Positions 51,493 through 60,728 of a stretch of 64,000 bases of DNA are shown here, in pieces; the first letter of the stretch is position 1, and the number at the start of each line of letters is the position of its first letter. The notes beneath the pieces are model-generated. The model saw only the letters and a program-made list of their open reading frames with translations, did no database searches and had not been told where the DNA came from. Position numbers and translations under genes: made by a program. The stretch covers positions 64,120-128,119 of the forward strand of contig QHXX01000023.1 in NCBI GenBank assembly GCA_003223135.1, given 5' to 3'. The stretch comes from Acidobacteriota bacterium (lineage in GTDB: Bacteria; Acidobacteriota; Polarisedimenticolia; Gp22-AA2).

Positions 51493-53005
51493 GAAGACCT
51501 CCTCCTTACGTAAAGGCCCGGGCAGGGGCTGTGATCTCGGTGCGGGAGATCCTACACCCGCCCGGCATCGAAAGGCGAAACGCCCCGTCACGCTGGATGT
51601 CATCAATCCGGCCACCCGCGAGGTCATCGCGCGGGTCCCCGACTCGGGCGCCGCCGACGTGGATCGTGCGGTGCAGGCGGCCCGACGCGCCTTCGACAGG
51701 GACGGCTGGCCCCGGACCAGCGCGCGCGAGCGCGGCCGGATCCTGTTCCGTCTCGCCGAGTACGTGCGCAAGCACGGCACGAGGTTCGCCGAGATCGAGA
51801 CGACGAACAACGGCAAGCCTCTCGCCGAGGCGCAGGCTGACGTGTCGGACGCCGCCTTCTGCTTCGAGTACTACGGGGGGCTGGCCACCAAGATCCGCGG
51901 CGACGTCCTCACGATATCCGACAACGCCATGGCGCTGGCCGTGCGCGAGCCGGTCGGCGTCGCGGGCCAGATCGTCCCGTGGAACTACCCGCTGATGATG
52001 GCCGTGCAGAAGCTGGCGCCGGCTCTGGCGGCCGGCTGTACCTCGGTCCTGAAGCCGGCCGAGCAGACGCCGGTGTCGATCCTGGAGCTGGCCAGAGGTT
52101 TCGAGGAGTGCGGCGTGCCGCGCGGAGTCGTCAACATCGTCAACGGCCCGGGCCCGGGCGCCGGGGCCCCGATCGTCGCGCATCCCGGCGTCGACAAGAT
52201 CGCCTTCACGGGCAGCAGCCAGGTCGGCAAGACCATCATGCGCGAGGCGGCCACCACCTTGAAGAGGGTGTCGCTGGAACTCGGCGGCAAGTCGCCCAAC
52301 ATCTTCTTCGCCGACGCCGACTTCGACCAGGCGGTCGAGGGGGCGCTGTTCGGCGTGTTCCTCAACCAGGGAGAGGTCTGCTCGGCCGGAAGCCGGGTCC
52401 TGGTGCAGAGGCCGATCTACAGGAGGCTTCTCGACGCGATGACGGAAAAGGCGAAGACGATCGTCGTTGGGCCGGGTCTGCACCCCGACACCAGGATGGG
52501 ACCGCTTGTCAGCCAGGAGCAATACGACAAGGTCCTGTCGTACCTCGAGGTCGGCAAGCGGGAGGCGAAACTGGCGGTGGGCGGCGGCCGCCCCAGGACC
52601 CTGCCGAAGGAAGCCCAGAGCGGCTTCTTCGTCGAGCCGACGATCTTCTACGACGTGGACAATTCGGCGAAGATCGCCCGCGAAGAGATCTTCGGGCCGG
52701 TCATGGCCGTCATTCCCTTCGACAAGGAGGAGGACGCTTACCGCATCGCCAACGACACGCCGTACGGTCTGGCAGCGGCCGTCTGGACGCGCGACATCTT
52801 CAAGGCGATGCGGGCCGTCAAGAGCCTGCGCGTCGGCATCGTCTGGGTCAACCACATGCAGCCCGCGCCCGTCGAGGCGCCATGGGGCGGCACCAAGCAG
52901 TCAGGCTTCGGCCGCGAGCTCGGCCCCTACGGCCTCGACGAGTACATGGAGATCAAGCAGGTCTACATCAACCTCGACGACCGGCCGATCGGCTGGTACC
53001 GGTAG
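51491..53005 (+). CDS. NAD(P)+-dependent aldehyde dehydrogenase (betaine-aldehyde DH-like)
   Basis: INPAT...GNPL... catalytic Cys (GEVCSAG), ELGGKSP; start uncertain (first ATG 51491 shares a CATG with the divergent VOC start; TTG at 51476 also possible). Confidence 0.8.
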   Translation: MKTSSLRKGPGRGCDLGAGDPTPARHRKAKRPVTLDVINPATREVIARVPDSGAADVDRAVQAARRAFDRDGWPRTSARERGRILFRLAEYVRKHGTRFAEIETTNNGKPLAEAQADVSDAAFCFEYYGGLATKIRGDVLTISDNAMALAVREPVGVAGQIVPWNYPLMMAVQKLAPALAAGCTSVLKPAEQTPVSILELARGFEECGVPRGVVNIVNGPGPGAGAPIVAHPGVDKIAFTGSSQVGKTIMREAATTLKRVSLELGGKSPNIFFADADFDQAVEGALFGVFLNQGEVCSAGSRVLVQRPIYRRLLDAMTEKAKTIVVGPGLHPDTRMGPLVSQEQYDKVLSYLEVGKREAKLAVGGGRPRTLPKEAQSGFFVEPTIFYDVDNSAKIAREEIFGPVMAVIPFDKEEDAYRIANDTPYGLAAAVWTRDIFKAMRAVKSLRVGIVWVNHMQPAPVEAPWGGTKQSGFGRELGPYGLDEYMEIKQVYINLDDRPIGWYR

Positions 53006-53018
53006 GCACTCCCCGGCC

Positions 53019-53384
53019 ATGGAACCGCGGCGCTATCCTCCCCTCCCCCCGCGCGACAGGTACCTTCGACAGGTCGCGCGCAACGCGGCTGCCGCGGGGG
53101 TGCTCATTTTCGGTTCGCTGGCGCTGGGCATCGCCGGGTACCACGTCTTCGGCCGGCTGTCCTGGCTCGATGCGCTCGTCAACGCCTCGATGATCCTCAC
53201 GGGAATGGGGCCCGTGGATTCGATCGTGACGGTGCCGGGAAAGGTATTCGAATCGTTCTACGCCCTGTGGAGCGGAGTGGCGTTCTTGACCGGCGTCGCC
53301 GTCCTGCTGGCGCCGGTCGTGCACCGTTTCCTCCACCGCTTCCACCTGGACCTGGCGGACGAGCCGCCCGAGAAGAAGCGTTGA
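53019..53384 (+). CDS. two-TM ion-channel (Ion_trans_2-like) protein with non-canonical filter TGMGPVD
   Basis: Internal ATG (MEPRRYPP) of ORF 52467..53384; TM1 - pore helix (WLDALVNASMILTGMGPVD) - TM2 layout resembling K+ channel pore. Confidence 0.5.
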   Translation: MEPRRYPPLPPRDRYLRQVARNAAAAGVLIFGSLALGIAGYHVFGRLSWLDALVNASMILTGMGPVDSIVTVPGKVFESFYALWSGVAFLTGVAVLLAPVVHRFLHRFHLDLADEPPEKKR

Positions 53385-53426
53385 CCCGGCGGCGACGGGC
53401 CACCCGCCACAGTACGCGGTGAAGGC

Positions 53427-54056
53427 GTGCGTGTCGAGACCGCCCCGGAGTTCGCCCAGGCGGCTGCGGCGGCCGTGGTCATTCTCTGCTGGCTCGCCTT
53501 CGCGGCGGTGTTCACCTTCAGGATGAGAGGCCCGAGGCCGAAGGAACGCCGGCGCGAGCGCGCGTCGATCATCGGGATCGTCCTGCAGGGGATGAGCTTC
53601 GCCTGCGTCTGGTGCACCGGGCGACTGACTTTCAGCCCGATCACTCCGGACCACCCGGCGATCGGAGCGATTCTCACCGGCCTGTGCGTGCCGCTGGCGG
53701 TCGGCTCGATCTGGCTGACGATCACGGCGGCGAGCGTCCTCGGCAAGGAGTGGAGTTTTCAGGCGCGCCTGGTCGAGGGGCACAGGCTCGTGACCGCAGG
53801 ACCTTACGCGCTGGTGCGGCACCCGATCTACACGGGAATGTTCGGGATGCTCCTGGCGACCGGTCTGGCCTTCGCCCACTGGATCGCCGTCGTACCGGCG
53901 ACCGTCCTGTACGGCGCCGGCACGATCATCCGCGTGCGCAGCGAGGAGAAGCTCCTGCGCGAGGCGTTCGGCCGGGCGTTCGAGGAGTACGCCCGTCGCG
54001 TGCCGGCGGTGTTTCCCGGCTTGCGCCGACCCTCTGACCGGCGACCCACGCCATGA
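53427..54056 (+). CDS. isoprenylcysteine carboxyl methyltransferase (ICMT/PEMT) family membrane methyltransferase
   Basis: C-terminal RLVTAGPYALVRHPIYTGMFG...EEKLLREAFG motif. Confidence 0.75.
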   Translation: MRVETAPEFAQAAAAAVVILCWLAFAAVFTFRMRGPRPKERRRERASIIGIVLQGMSFACVWCTGRLTFSPITPDHPAIGAILTGLCVPLAVGSIWLTITAASVLGKEWSFQARLVEGHRLVTAGPYALVRHPIYTGMFGMLLATGLAFAHWIAVVPATVLYGAGTIIRVRSEEKLLREAFGRAFEEYARRVPAVFPGLRRPSDRRPTP

Positions 54057-54799
54057 CCTCCCGACTGAACCGCAGAGCAGGTAGGCGAGCCCCACGGGAC
54101 ATCACGAGGAGACTGTCGGTCTCTTCTGGGAGGAGCGCGCTCGTTAAGCGAGTTCTCTCCATCCTCGCCCGGGAAGGGCTGCTTCTCCTGTCGGATGCGC
54201 GCCTCCCGAGCATCGCGGGTCTTGTGGCCGGAGCCCCCATGCGCGGCTCGTGGTGGGGGCACCCGGCCGGGCAGGCCATCTACCAGGTCTCCGAGGCGCT
54301 GGCGGATCATCCCGACGTCGCGGTGAATCGCCTGGTCACCGGAAAGGTCACCTACGTGCACCGCAGGCTCTGGCCGGCGCTTCAGGCGATCGGGCGCGCG
54401 CGCGACCCCTGGCAGACGCGCCGCCTGTCGCGGACGGCGCGATCGCTCCTCCTGCGCGTGACGCGCCAGGGGACCCTCCGGACCGATCGGATCGCAGGGC
54501 CAAAGTCCCGGGTGTCCGGGGCGGCGCGCGAGCTCGAGGACAGGCTCCTCGTGCATACCGAGTGGATCCACACCGAACGCGGCTCGCACGCGCGGAGGCT
54601 CATGAGCTGGGACCACTGGGCGCGCCGGCAGGGGACAGGTCTGCGCGCCGGCGCCTCCCGGGGCCCCGTGAAGAATGCACGGAGCGCCAGGGAGATCCTC
54701 GAGCGGATCGTGAACGAACTGAACGCCCGCTGCGGGGCCGACGGACGGCTGCCGTGGCAGGTCTCTCAACCGAACGCAGGAGCCCGCCTCCGCCGATGA
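54053..54799 (+). CDS. hypothetical Arg-rich protein
   Basis: ATGA-coupled to ICMT; helical periodicity favours + frame over the overlapping minus ORF 53828..54769; no family recognised. Confidence 0.35.
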   Translation: MTSRLNRRAGRRAPRDITRRLSVSSGRSALVKRVLSILAREGLLLLSDARLPSIAGLVAGAPMRGSWWGHPAGQAIYQVSEALADHPDVAVNRLVTGKVTYVHRRLWPALQAIGRARDPWQTRRLSRTARSLLLRVTRQGTLRTDRIAGPKSRVSGAARELEDRLLVHTEWIHTERGSHARRLMSWDHWARRQGTGLRAGASRGPVKNARSAREILERIVNELNARCGADGRLPWQVSQPNAGARLRR

Positions 54800-55101
54800 C
54801 GACGATCGTCCTTCTCACCCTGTCCAACATCTTCATGACGTTCGCCTGGTACGGACACCTCAAGTACAAGTCTTCGCCTCTGTGGAAGGCGGTCCTCGTC
54901 TCCTGGCTGATCGCATCTTTCGAGTACTGCCTGCAGGTGCCGGCGAACCGCATCGGCAGCTCCCGCTTCACGACCGCGCAGCTCAAGACGATCCAGGAGG
55001 TCGTCACGCTCGTCGTGTTCTGAGAAGATCTGAAATGGAACTATCTCGTCGGCTTCGGTCTGATGGTCCTGGCCGTCTTCATCATCTTCAAGAAGTGGTG
55101 A
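54796..55101 (+). pseudogene. DUF486-family small membrane protein gene interrupted by in-frame TGA at 55021-55023 (plus ~8-codon deletion)
   Basis: MTTIVLLTLSNIFMTFAWYGHLKYKSSPLW...VTLVVF*EDLKWNYLVGFGLMVLAVFIIFKKW*: both halves are in the same frame and together resemble full-length DUF486 proteins. Confidence 0.55.
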
Positions 55102-56414
55102 GCTCCCGCGAGGCGCTGCGTTTCTGGGTGAAGCTCGGCTTCATCAACTTCGGCGGCCCCGCCGGCCAGATCGCCCTCATGCATCGGGAGATCGTCGAAC
55201 GGAGGCGTTGGATCACAGAAGAGCAGTTCCTGCGGGCCCTGAACTTCTCGATGTTCCTTCCGGGGCCGGAGGCCACGCAGCTCGCCATCTACGTCGGCTG
55301 GCTGCTGCACGGGACCATGGGTGGTGTCGCCGCAGGGACCTTCTTTATCCTCCCATCGGTCTTCGTCCTCCTGGTCCTGAGCTGGTTGGTGGCCGCGCAC
55401 GGCCAGGTGCCGGCGGTCGCGGGCCTCCTGTACGGCGTGCAGCCTGTCGTCATCGCCATCGTGGCCGAGGCGGTCATCCGGATCGGCAGGAGGACGCTGC
55501 GTCATCCGGTCCTGGCCCTGGTCGCCGCCGCCGCGTTTGCCGCCATTCATGTCTTCGCCGTCCCGTTTCCGCTCGTCGTCGCGGCGGCCGCGGGCGCGGG
55601 GATCCTCCTGGCGCGTATTGTCCCCGGGTCATTCGCTCCGCGCGGACAGGTCGAAGGAGACGCGGCGCCGGCGCGAGCGGGAGAGAACGTTGATGAGGTG
55701 GCGGCAGCGCGCCCGGCCGCCGGGCCGCGCCGGGTCTATCCTCCGATCGGCCGCGCCGTCCGTATCGTCGCGCTGTTCGCGGCGCTGTGGGCGGTTCCCG
55801 TCGGCGCCCTGTGCCTCTGGCGCGGCGCCGGCGACGTGCTCGTGAAGGAGGCCCTGTTCTTCACCGGGGCGGCCTTCGTGACGTTCGGCGGGGCCTACGC
55901 CGTTCTCGGCTACATCGCCCACGTGGCAGTGAATTCCTACGGGTGGCTGAGCGCGTCCCAGATGGTCCAGGGACTGGCCCTGGCCGAATCGACGCCGGGC
56001 CCTTTGATCATGGTCACGCAGTACGTCGGCTTCCTGGGGGCCTGGAATCACGCCCGCGGGATCGGCCCGCTCGCGTGCGGCGTCCTGGGGGCGCTGATCA
56101 CAACCTACGTCACGTTCCTGTTCTGTTTCATGTTCATCTTCGTCGGGGCGCCATACGTCGAGGCACTCGCCGGCAACCGCCGCATCCAGGCCGCCCTCGT
56201 CGGCGTGACCTCGGCGGTCGTCGGCGTCATCCTGGGCCTCGCGGTCTTCTTCGGCACGCGGGTGCTCTTCCCTCCCGGCCAGGGCCTCGACGTCTTCGCA
56301 CTGCTGCTGGCGCTCGCGTCGTTCGTCGCCCTCGTGCGGTTCAGGGTTCCGATCCACGACCTGGTGATGGCGGGGGCGGTTCTTGGGATGGGCTTCAGGC
56401 TCTTCGTCCTGTAG
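55095..56414 (+). CDS. chrA: chromate transporter (CHR family, two-domain ChrA)
   Basis: GTG start at 55095/55098 in ORF 54882..56414; WVKLGFINFGGPAGQIALMH and second-half FVTFGGAYAVLGYI motifs. Confidence 0.85.
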   Translation: MVSSREALRFWVKLGFINFGGPAGQIALMHREIVERRRWITEEQFLRALNFSMFLPGPEATQLAIYVGWLLHGTMGGVAAGTFFILPSVFVLLVLSWLVAAHGQVPAVAGLLYGVQPVVIAIVAEAVIRIGRRTLRHPVLALVAAAAFAAIHVFAVPFPLVVAAAAGAGILLARIVPGSFAPRGQVEGDAAPARAGENVDEVAAARPAAGPRRVYPPIGRAVRIVALFAALWAVPVGALCLWRGAGDVLVKEALFFTGAAFVTFGGAYAVLGYIAHVAVNSYGWLSASQMVQGLALAESTPGPLIMVTQYVGFLGAWNHARGIGPLACGVLGALITTYVTFLFCFMFIFVGAPYVEALAGNRRIQAALVGVTSAVVGVILGLAVFFGTRVLFPPGQGLDVFALLLALASFVALVRFRVPIHDLVMAGAVLGMGFRLFVL

Positions 56415-56575
56415 CCGCCCCGCGGCGAGCGGGGCGCGACCCCGATCCGGCCGGCGGGAGGGAGGGATCCGCCCCTGCGACATCCCCTTGACGTAGAGGG
56501 AGCGGGCGGGCCCCACCCGTGGTAGAGTTCCGGCGGTTTGCCGGTCCGATTCCAACACTTTCGCTGGAGGAACAG

Positions 56576-56845
56576 ATGGCCGCTAAGAAAGGTCGGAAGC
56601 CGAGCGCCGCTTTCATGAAGCCGATGTCGCCGAGCGCTGCGCTCGCCGACGTCATCGGGTCAAAGGCGATGCCGCGCACGCAGGTGACCAAGAAGCTCTG
56701 GGACTACATCAAGAAGCACAAGCTGCAGGACAGCAAGAATCGCAGGATGATCAACGCGGATGAGAGCCTCAAGAAAGTGTTCGGCGGCAAGAGGCAGGTC
56801 AGCATGTTCGAGATGACCAAGCTCGTCTCAAAACACTTGAAGTAG
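56576..56845 (+). CDS. SWIB/MDM2 domain-containing protein
   Basis: Internal ATG (MAAKKGRKPS) with GGAGGAACAG SD; SWIB motif TQVTKKLWDYIKKHKLQD...VSMFEMTKLVSKHL. Confidence 0.75.
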   Translation: MAAKKGRKPSAAFMKPMSPSAALADVIGSKAMPRTQVTKKLWDYIKKHKLQDSKNRRMINADESLKKVFGGKRQVSMFEMTKLVSKHLK

Positions 56846-57019
56846 CCCCTCCGCGCGGAGCACCCGCCCCCGCGGCCGCCCCGGTCTGCACGCGCGCAGG
56901 CCGCCGGACCGGGGCCACGGGAGTTGGAGTCCGCTCCTCCGCCCGCCGGGCGGCCGGTACCCGTCAAGTGCCGGCGCACCGGGCCCGCGGGCGGAGGGGT
57001 TTCCCCCCGGGAGATCCCG

Positions 57020-57748
57020 ATGAGTGAGACCACCGGCGCACCGGGCGGGTGCGGGGTGACGCCGCCTCGCCTCGAAGCGCCGCCGGTCGTCACGCCTCCA
57101 CCCTTCGTCGCTCCGCCCCTCGCGGCGCCGGCCGAACCGCTCGATCCCTGGTTTGCGATCTGGACCCGACCGCGGGCCGCCCTACGGCAGATCCTGGACA
57201 GCGACCCGCGCCGTTCGATCTATCGCCTCGCGGCGCTCGGCGGAATCGCCGGCGCCCTGAAGCTGGCGACTGAGTCCGGCGCCGCGGAAACCGCGCCGGT
57301 GGCGACGACTCTCGCCATCGCCGTGACGGGTGGGGCGCTCGGCGGCGTCCTCTTCCTGTTCCTCTTCCCCGGTCTGGTGCGCGTCGCGGGCCGTTGGCTG
57401 GGAGGGCGCGGAGGGATGATCGAGATCCGGGCGGCTGTGGCGTGGTCGAACGTGCCGGAAATCTGGGGCATGGCTCTCTGGCTCCCGAGAGGCGTCCTCC
57501 TGGGAGAGGAGATGTTCCAGCCCGTACCGCCCGGCATCGAAGGAAACCCGCCCGCGGCCCTGTTTTTCGGACTCCTCGTGCTCGCGCAGACCCTCGTCGG
57601 TTTCTGGGGACTGGTGATCGGCTTGAAGTGCATCGCCGAGGCGCACCGCTTCTCCGCCTGGCGCGCCCTGGGCACGCTCGTCCTGGTCGGGCTGATGCTC
57701 ATCGTGCCGGTCGGACTGCTGATGATCGCCGCGCAGGCGCTGAGCTAG
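57020..57748 (+). CDS. Yip1-family-like polytopic membrane protein with Pro-rich N-terminus
   Basis: Internal ATG (MSETTGAP) with GGGAG SD; 5 predicted TM helices. Confidence 0.5.
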   Translation: MSETTGAPGGCGVTPPRLEAPPVVTPPPFVAPPLAAPAEPLDPWFAIWTRPRAALRQILDSDPRRSIYRLAALGGIAGALKLATESGAAETAPVATTLAIAVTGGALGGVLFLFLFPGLVRVAGRWLGGRGGMIEIRAAVAWSNVPEIWGMALWLPRGVLLGEEMFQPVPPGIEGNPPAALFFGLLVLAQTLVGFWGLVIGLKCIAEAHRFSAWRALGTLVLVGLMLIVPVGLLMIAAQALS

Positions 57749-58953
57749 TCAGAGCGTGTCCGAGGTTCGGGGCCTTCGACCCGCTCCAGAAGGCCCGCAA
57801 GCAAGGCGGCGCGCGGTGCTATCCGGTCGAGACGCACCCTCTCGCTCTCGGCGTGCGCCCCTTCCCCTTCGACCCCCAGACCGTCGAGCACCGGCACGCC
57901 GAGGGCGGCGCAGTACGATCCGTCGCTCCCGCCTCCGGTCGCCCCCTCTCCCAGATCGAACCCCGCGTCGCGCGCGACGCGCCGGGCCTGGTCGTAGAGC
58001 GCGGCGATCGCCGCGCTCCGGACCATGGGCGGGTGCGTCAGCGCCGCCTCGACGCGCAGTCGGGCCCCGGGGTTGCGTGGCCGCAGATTCAGGACCGCCG
58101 TCTCGATTCGGGCCCATTCCACGGGCGAAGGAACCCGTACGTCGAGCTCGGCGCGCGCCCGCGGGGCGACGACGTTCCTGGCGACCCCTCCTTCGATGAG
58201 GCCGGCGTTCACCGTCGTGCTCATGGCGCGGTCCTCGAGGAGCTTGACCGCCAGGATCTGAGCCGACAGCTCCTCGATGGCGTTGACGCCCTTCTCGGGA
58301 TCGATGCCGGCGTGGGCGGGCACGCCGATCACCTCGACGACGAGTCGCCCCACCCCCTTGCGCGCGGTCTTGGCCCCGCCGTCCGGGTTGCTCGGCTCGA
58401 GACCGAGGACGTAGCGCGCGGCGCGCGCCTCCGCCTCGACGTGCGGCCTCGACGCCGGGCTGCCGGTCTCCTCGTCGCCGCTGAAAAGGCAGACGACCGG
58501 CAGGCATGGTTTGAGGACGCCCCCGCTGACCGCGCGCGCCAGGAGAACACACAGGACGACCCCGGCCTTCATGTCATAGACACCGGGCCCATACGCCCAG
58601 GGTCCCTCGATCCGAAACGGCCGGCGCGCCGCCTCGCCGCGCGGCCAGACGGTGTCGAGGTGGGCCAGAAGCATCGCCGCCTGTCCGTCGGAAGAGACCC
58701 CGGCGCCTCGGACGCCCGGGCCGCCGACCGGGCCGAAGGTCGCGCGCACGACATCCCCCGCGTTGTCCTGCGGGATGATCGTCACTCGCGCGCCGGCGGC
58801 GCGGAGCTCTTCCCCGACCAGCGCCCCGACCCGATCCACCCCCGCCTTGTCCGAGGTGGGCGAGTCGATCGCGACGAGCCTCCCGAGCAGGTCGACCGCG
58901 GCGCTTTTTTGCGATTCGAAGTAGGCGAGAAGCTCGCGCGCCCGGGTCGTCAA
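57745..58953 (-). CDS. M20-family metallopeptidase/amidohydrolase (ArgE/DapE/CPG2-like)
   Basis: AHLDTVWP (His metal ligand), SGDEETG (Asp/Glu ligands), dimerisation domain; ATGA overlap region with upstream aminotransferase operon. Confidence 0.8.
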   Translation of the reverse strand: MTTRARELLAYFESQKSAAVDLLGRLVAIDSPTSDKAGVDRVGALVGEELRAAGARVTIIPQDNAGDVVRATFGPVGGPGVRGAGVSSDGQAAMLLAHLDTVWPRGEAARRPFRIEGPWAYGPGVYDMKAGVVLCVLLARAVSGGVLKPCLPVVCLFSGDEETGSPASRPHVEAEARAARYVLGLEPSNPDGGAKTARKGVGRLVVEVIGVPAHAGIDPEKGVNAIEELSAQILAVKLLEDRAMSTTVNAGLIEGGVARNVVAPRARAELDVRVPSPVEWARIETAVLNLRPRNPGARLRVEAALTHPPMVRSAAIAALYDQARRVARDAGFDLGEGATGGGSDGSYCAALGVPVLDGLGVEGEGAHAESERVRLDRIAPRAALLAGLLERVEGPEPRTRSD

Positions 58954-58980
58954 GGTGTCACGGGGGAGTCGTGGCCCGCC

Positions 58981-60321
58981 CTAGAGAGATTTGAGGAGTG
59001 GCGCCACCTTCGCGAACGCCTTCAGGTGCGTCTCGATGTCCGCCTCGGTGTGCTGGACCGAAATCGTCCATTGCTCGTCCGGGCCGGGCGGTTGCGGGAT
59101 GACTCCCTCGTTCAACATCGCCAGGTACCAGGCCTGTGAGGCGACCCGATCGACGACGTACCAGTCGCGATAGTCCCGGATGACGTCCTTCCTGAAGTTG
59201 ATCGTTCCCATCGAGCCGACGCCGTTGGCGTAGCAGGGAAGGTTGTGCTCGCGGATGAGGGTGCTATAGCCGTCGACCAGCTTCTTGTTGAGCGCGAAGA
59301 CGCGGCGGTAGGCCTCGTCGGTGAGGATGTCCTTGAGCGTCGCCTCCGCTGCCGCCAGAGTGACCGGATTGCTGGCGTAGGTGCCGACGTGGATGACGCG
59401 CAGCGAGTTGAGCTCTTCCATGATTTCAGCCGAGGAGCCGAAGGCGGCGAGCGGCATGCCGCCGCCAATCGCCTTCGCCAGCACGGTGATGTCCGGCTTG
59501 ACCTTGAAGTACTCGGTCGCTCCGCCGCGGGCGATCTTCACGCCGGTCTTCACCTCGTCGAAGATGAGCAGGGCGCCGAACTCGTTGCACAGTGCGCGCA
59601 GACCGGGGAGGAAGTCGGGGAGCGGCTCGGTCACCCCCATGTTCATCATGATCGGCTCGAGGATGACGCAGGCGACCTCGTTCAGGTGCTCCTCGAGCAG
59701 GGCGCGCACCCCCTTCAGGTCGTTAAAGGACGCGACGAGCGTGTGCGCATAGGACTCCGCCGGAATGCCCTCGCTCCAGGGGATCGGGCGCGGCCGGCTC
59801 CTGAGCCCCGCCAGTCGCAGTGGCGGCTTGTTCGACACCAGGACCGTGTCGTGCGCCCCGTGATAACCGCCTTCGAACTTCAGGAGCCCGGGCCGGCCGG
59901 TATACCCGCGCGCCAGACGGATGGCATGCATCGTGGCCTCGGTGCCCGAGTTTGCGAAGCGCCACTGGTCCTGCCCGAAGCGTTCCCGGAGCTCCTTCGC
60001 CACAGAGATCTCCAGCCGATGCGGCATCGCGTGCAGCGTCCCGCGCTTCGCCTGCGCCGCGATCGCATCAACGATCTTAGGATGGGCGTGCCCCACCAGC
60101 ATCGCGCCGAAGGCATTGGAGAAGTCGGTGTAGCGGTTCCCGTCGGCGTCGGTGATGGTCGCGCCGACCGCGGACTCGATGAAGATCGGGTTCGGGTCGA
60201 CGACCCGGAAGTTGGACGAGACCCCGCGCGGCAGGAGGCGCTTCGCCTCGCCGTGCAGCTCGCGGGACTTCTTCGTCCGCTCGATGTAGCGGTTGACGAT
60301 CGCGTCGTAGGTGCCGGACAT
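58981..60321 (-). CDS. class-III PLP aminotransferase (glutamate-1-semialdehyde 2,1-aminomutase-like)
   Basis: GSA-aminomutase-like fold, PLP-Lys region IFDEVKTG; GGGGAGGGG SD. Confidence 0.85.
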   Translation of the reverse strand: MSGTYDAIVNRYIERTKKSRELHGEAKRLLPRGVSSNFRVVDPNPIFIESAVGATITDADGNRYTDFSNAFGAMLVGHAHPKIVDAIAAQAKRGTLHAMPHRLEISVAKELRERFGQDQWRFANSGTEATMHAIRLARGYTGRPGLLKFEGGYHGAHDTVLVSNKPPLRLAGLRSRPRPIPWSEGIPAESYAHTLVASFNDLKGVRALLEEHLNEVACVILEPIMMNMGVTEPLPDFLPGLRALCNEFGALLIFDEVKTGVKIARGGATEYFKVKPDITVLAKAIGGGMPLAAFGSSAEIMEELNSLRVIHVGTYASNPVTLAAAEATLKDILTDEAYRRVFALNKKLVDGYSTLIREHNLPCYANGVGSMGTINFRKDVIRDYRDWYVVDRVASQAWYLAMLNEGVIPQPPGPDEQWTISVQHTEADIETHLKAFAKVAPLLKSL

Positions 60322-60449
60322 GCTGCCCCTCCCCGCCGCTCGACCCGGGACCTCCCGTCGTGGGGGCCTGTCCCAACGAGGCCGTCCCGGCGGGGGACAC
60401 CGAGGCAGGCGCGGCCTGTTGCAACTGGTGCGGCTGAAGGCCGGAGTCT

Positions 60450-60528
60450 ATCAGAGAAAAAGAAAACCCGGAAGCGTCTGCGGCGCAGCGCGCCGCCCCG
60501 GGTGGACCAATGTGCCGGGGCTTCCGGG
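60450..60528 (-). terminator. compound rho-independent terminator on minus strand (outer stem CCCGGAAGC/GCTTCCGGG enclosing two hairpins, then UUUUCUUUUUCUC)
   Basis: Read on minus strand: nested inverted repeats followed by a U-tract; no U-tract on + strand. Confidence 0.55.
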
Positions 60529-60591
60529 TTCGGTGGCCGGCCGGTATTCCTCAGGCGGAGATACCGAGCGGCCCGATGACCGTGGGTCCGC

Positions 60592-60651
60592 CTAAGTTGC
60601 CGCCACCTCACGGGTCCGGTAAGACACCTCGCTGCTACTGTGATAACTCAT
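60592..60651 (-). CDS. candidate 19-aa small ORF (MSYHSSSEVSYRTREVAAT) with consensus SD
   Basis: AAAGGAGGTG followed by 8-nt spacer and ATG; AT-rich codons atypical for this genome; ~80 nt downstream of the DCC gene stop and ~60 nt upstream of a structured region plus terminator. Confidence 0.35.
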   Translation of the reverse strand: MSYHSSSEVSYRTREVAAT

Positions 60652-60728
60652 CTGCTGGACCACCTCCTTTCTCGTGTACGGGAAACATACTCCGGTCGGG
60701 AGGCGGCTGCAACCCACCGCATCCCGTT

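Noticed and set aside
60655-60672. Sequence resembling a 16S rRNA 3' end (CTGCTGGACCACCTCCTTTCT) on the + strand
   Set aside because: There is no rRNA upstream; it is simply the reverse complement of the consensus Shine-Dalgarno (AAAGGAGGTG) of the minus-strand sORF
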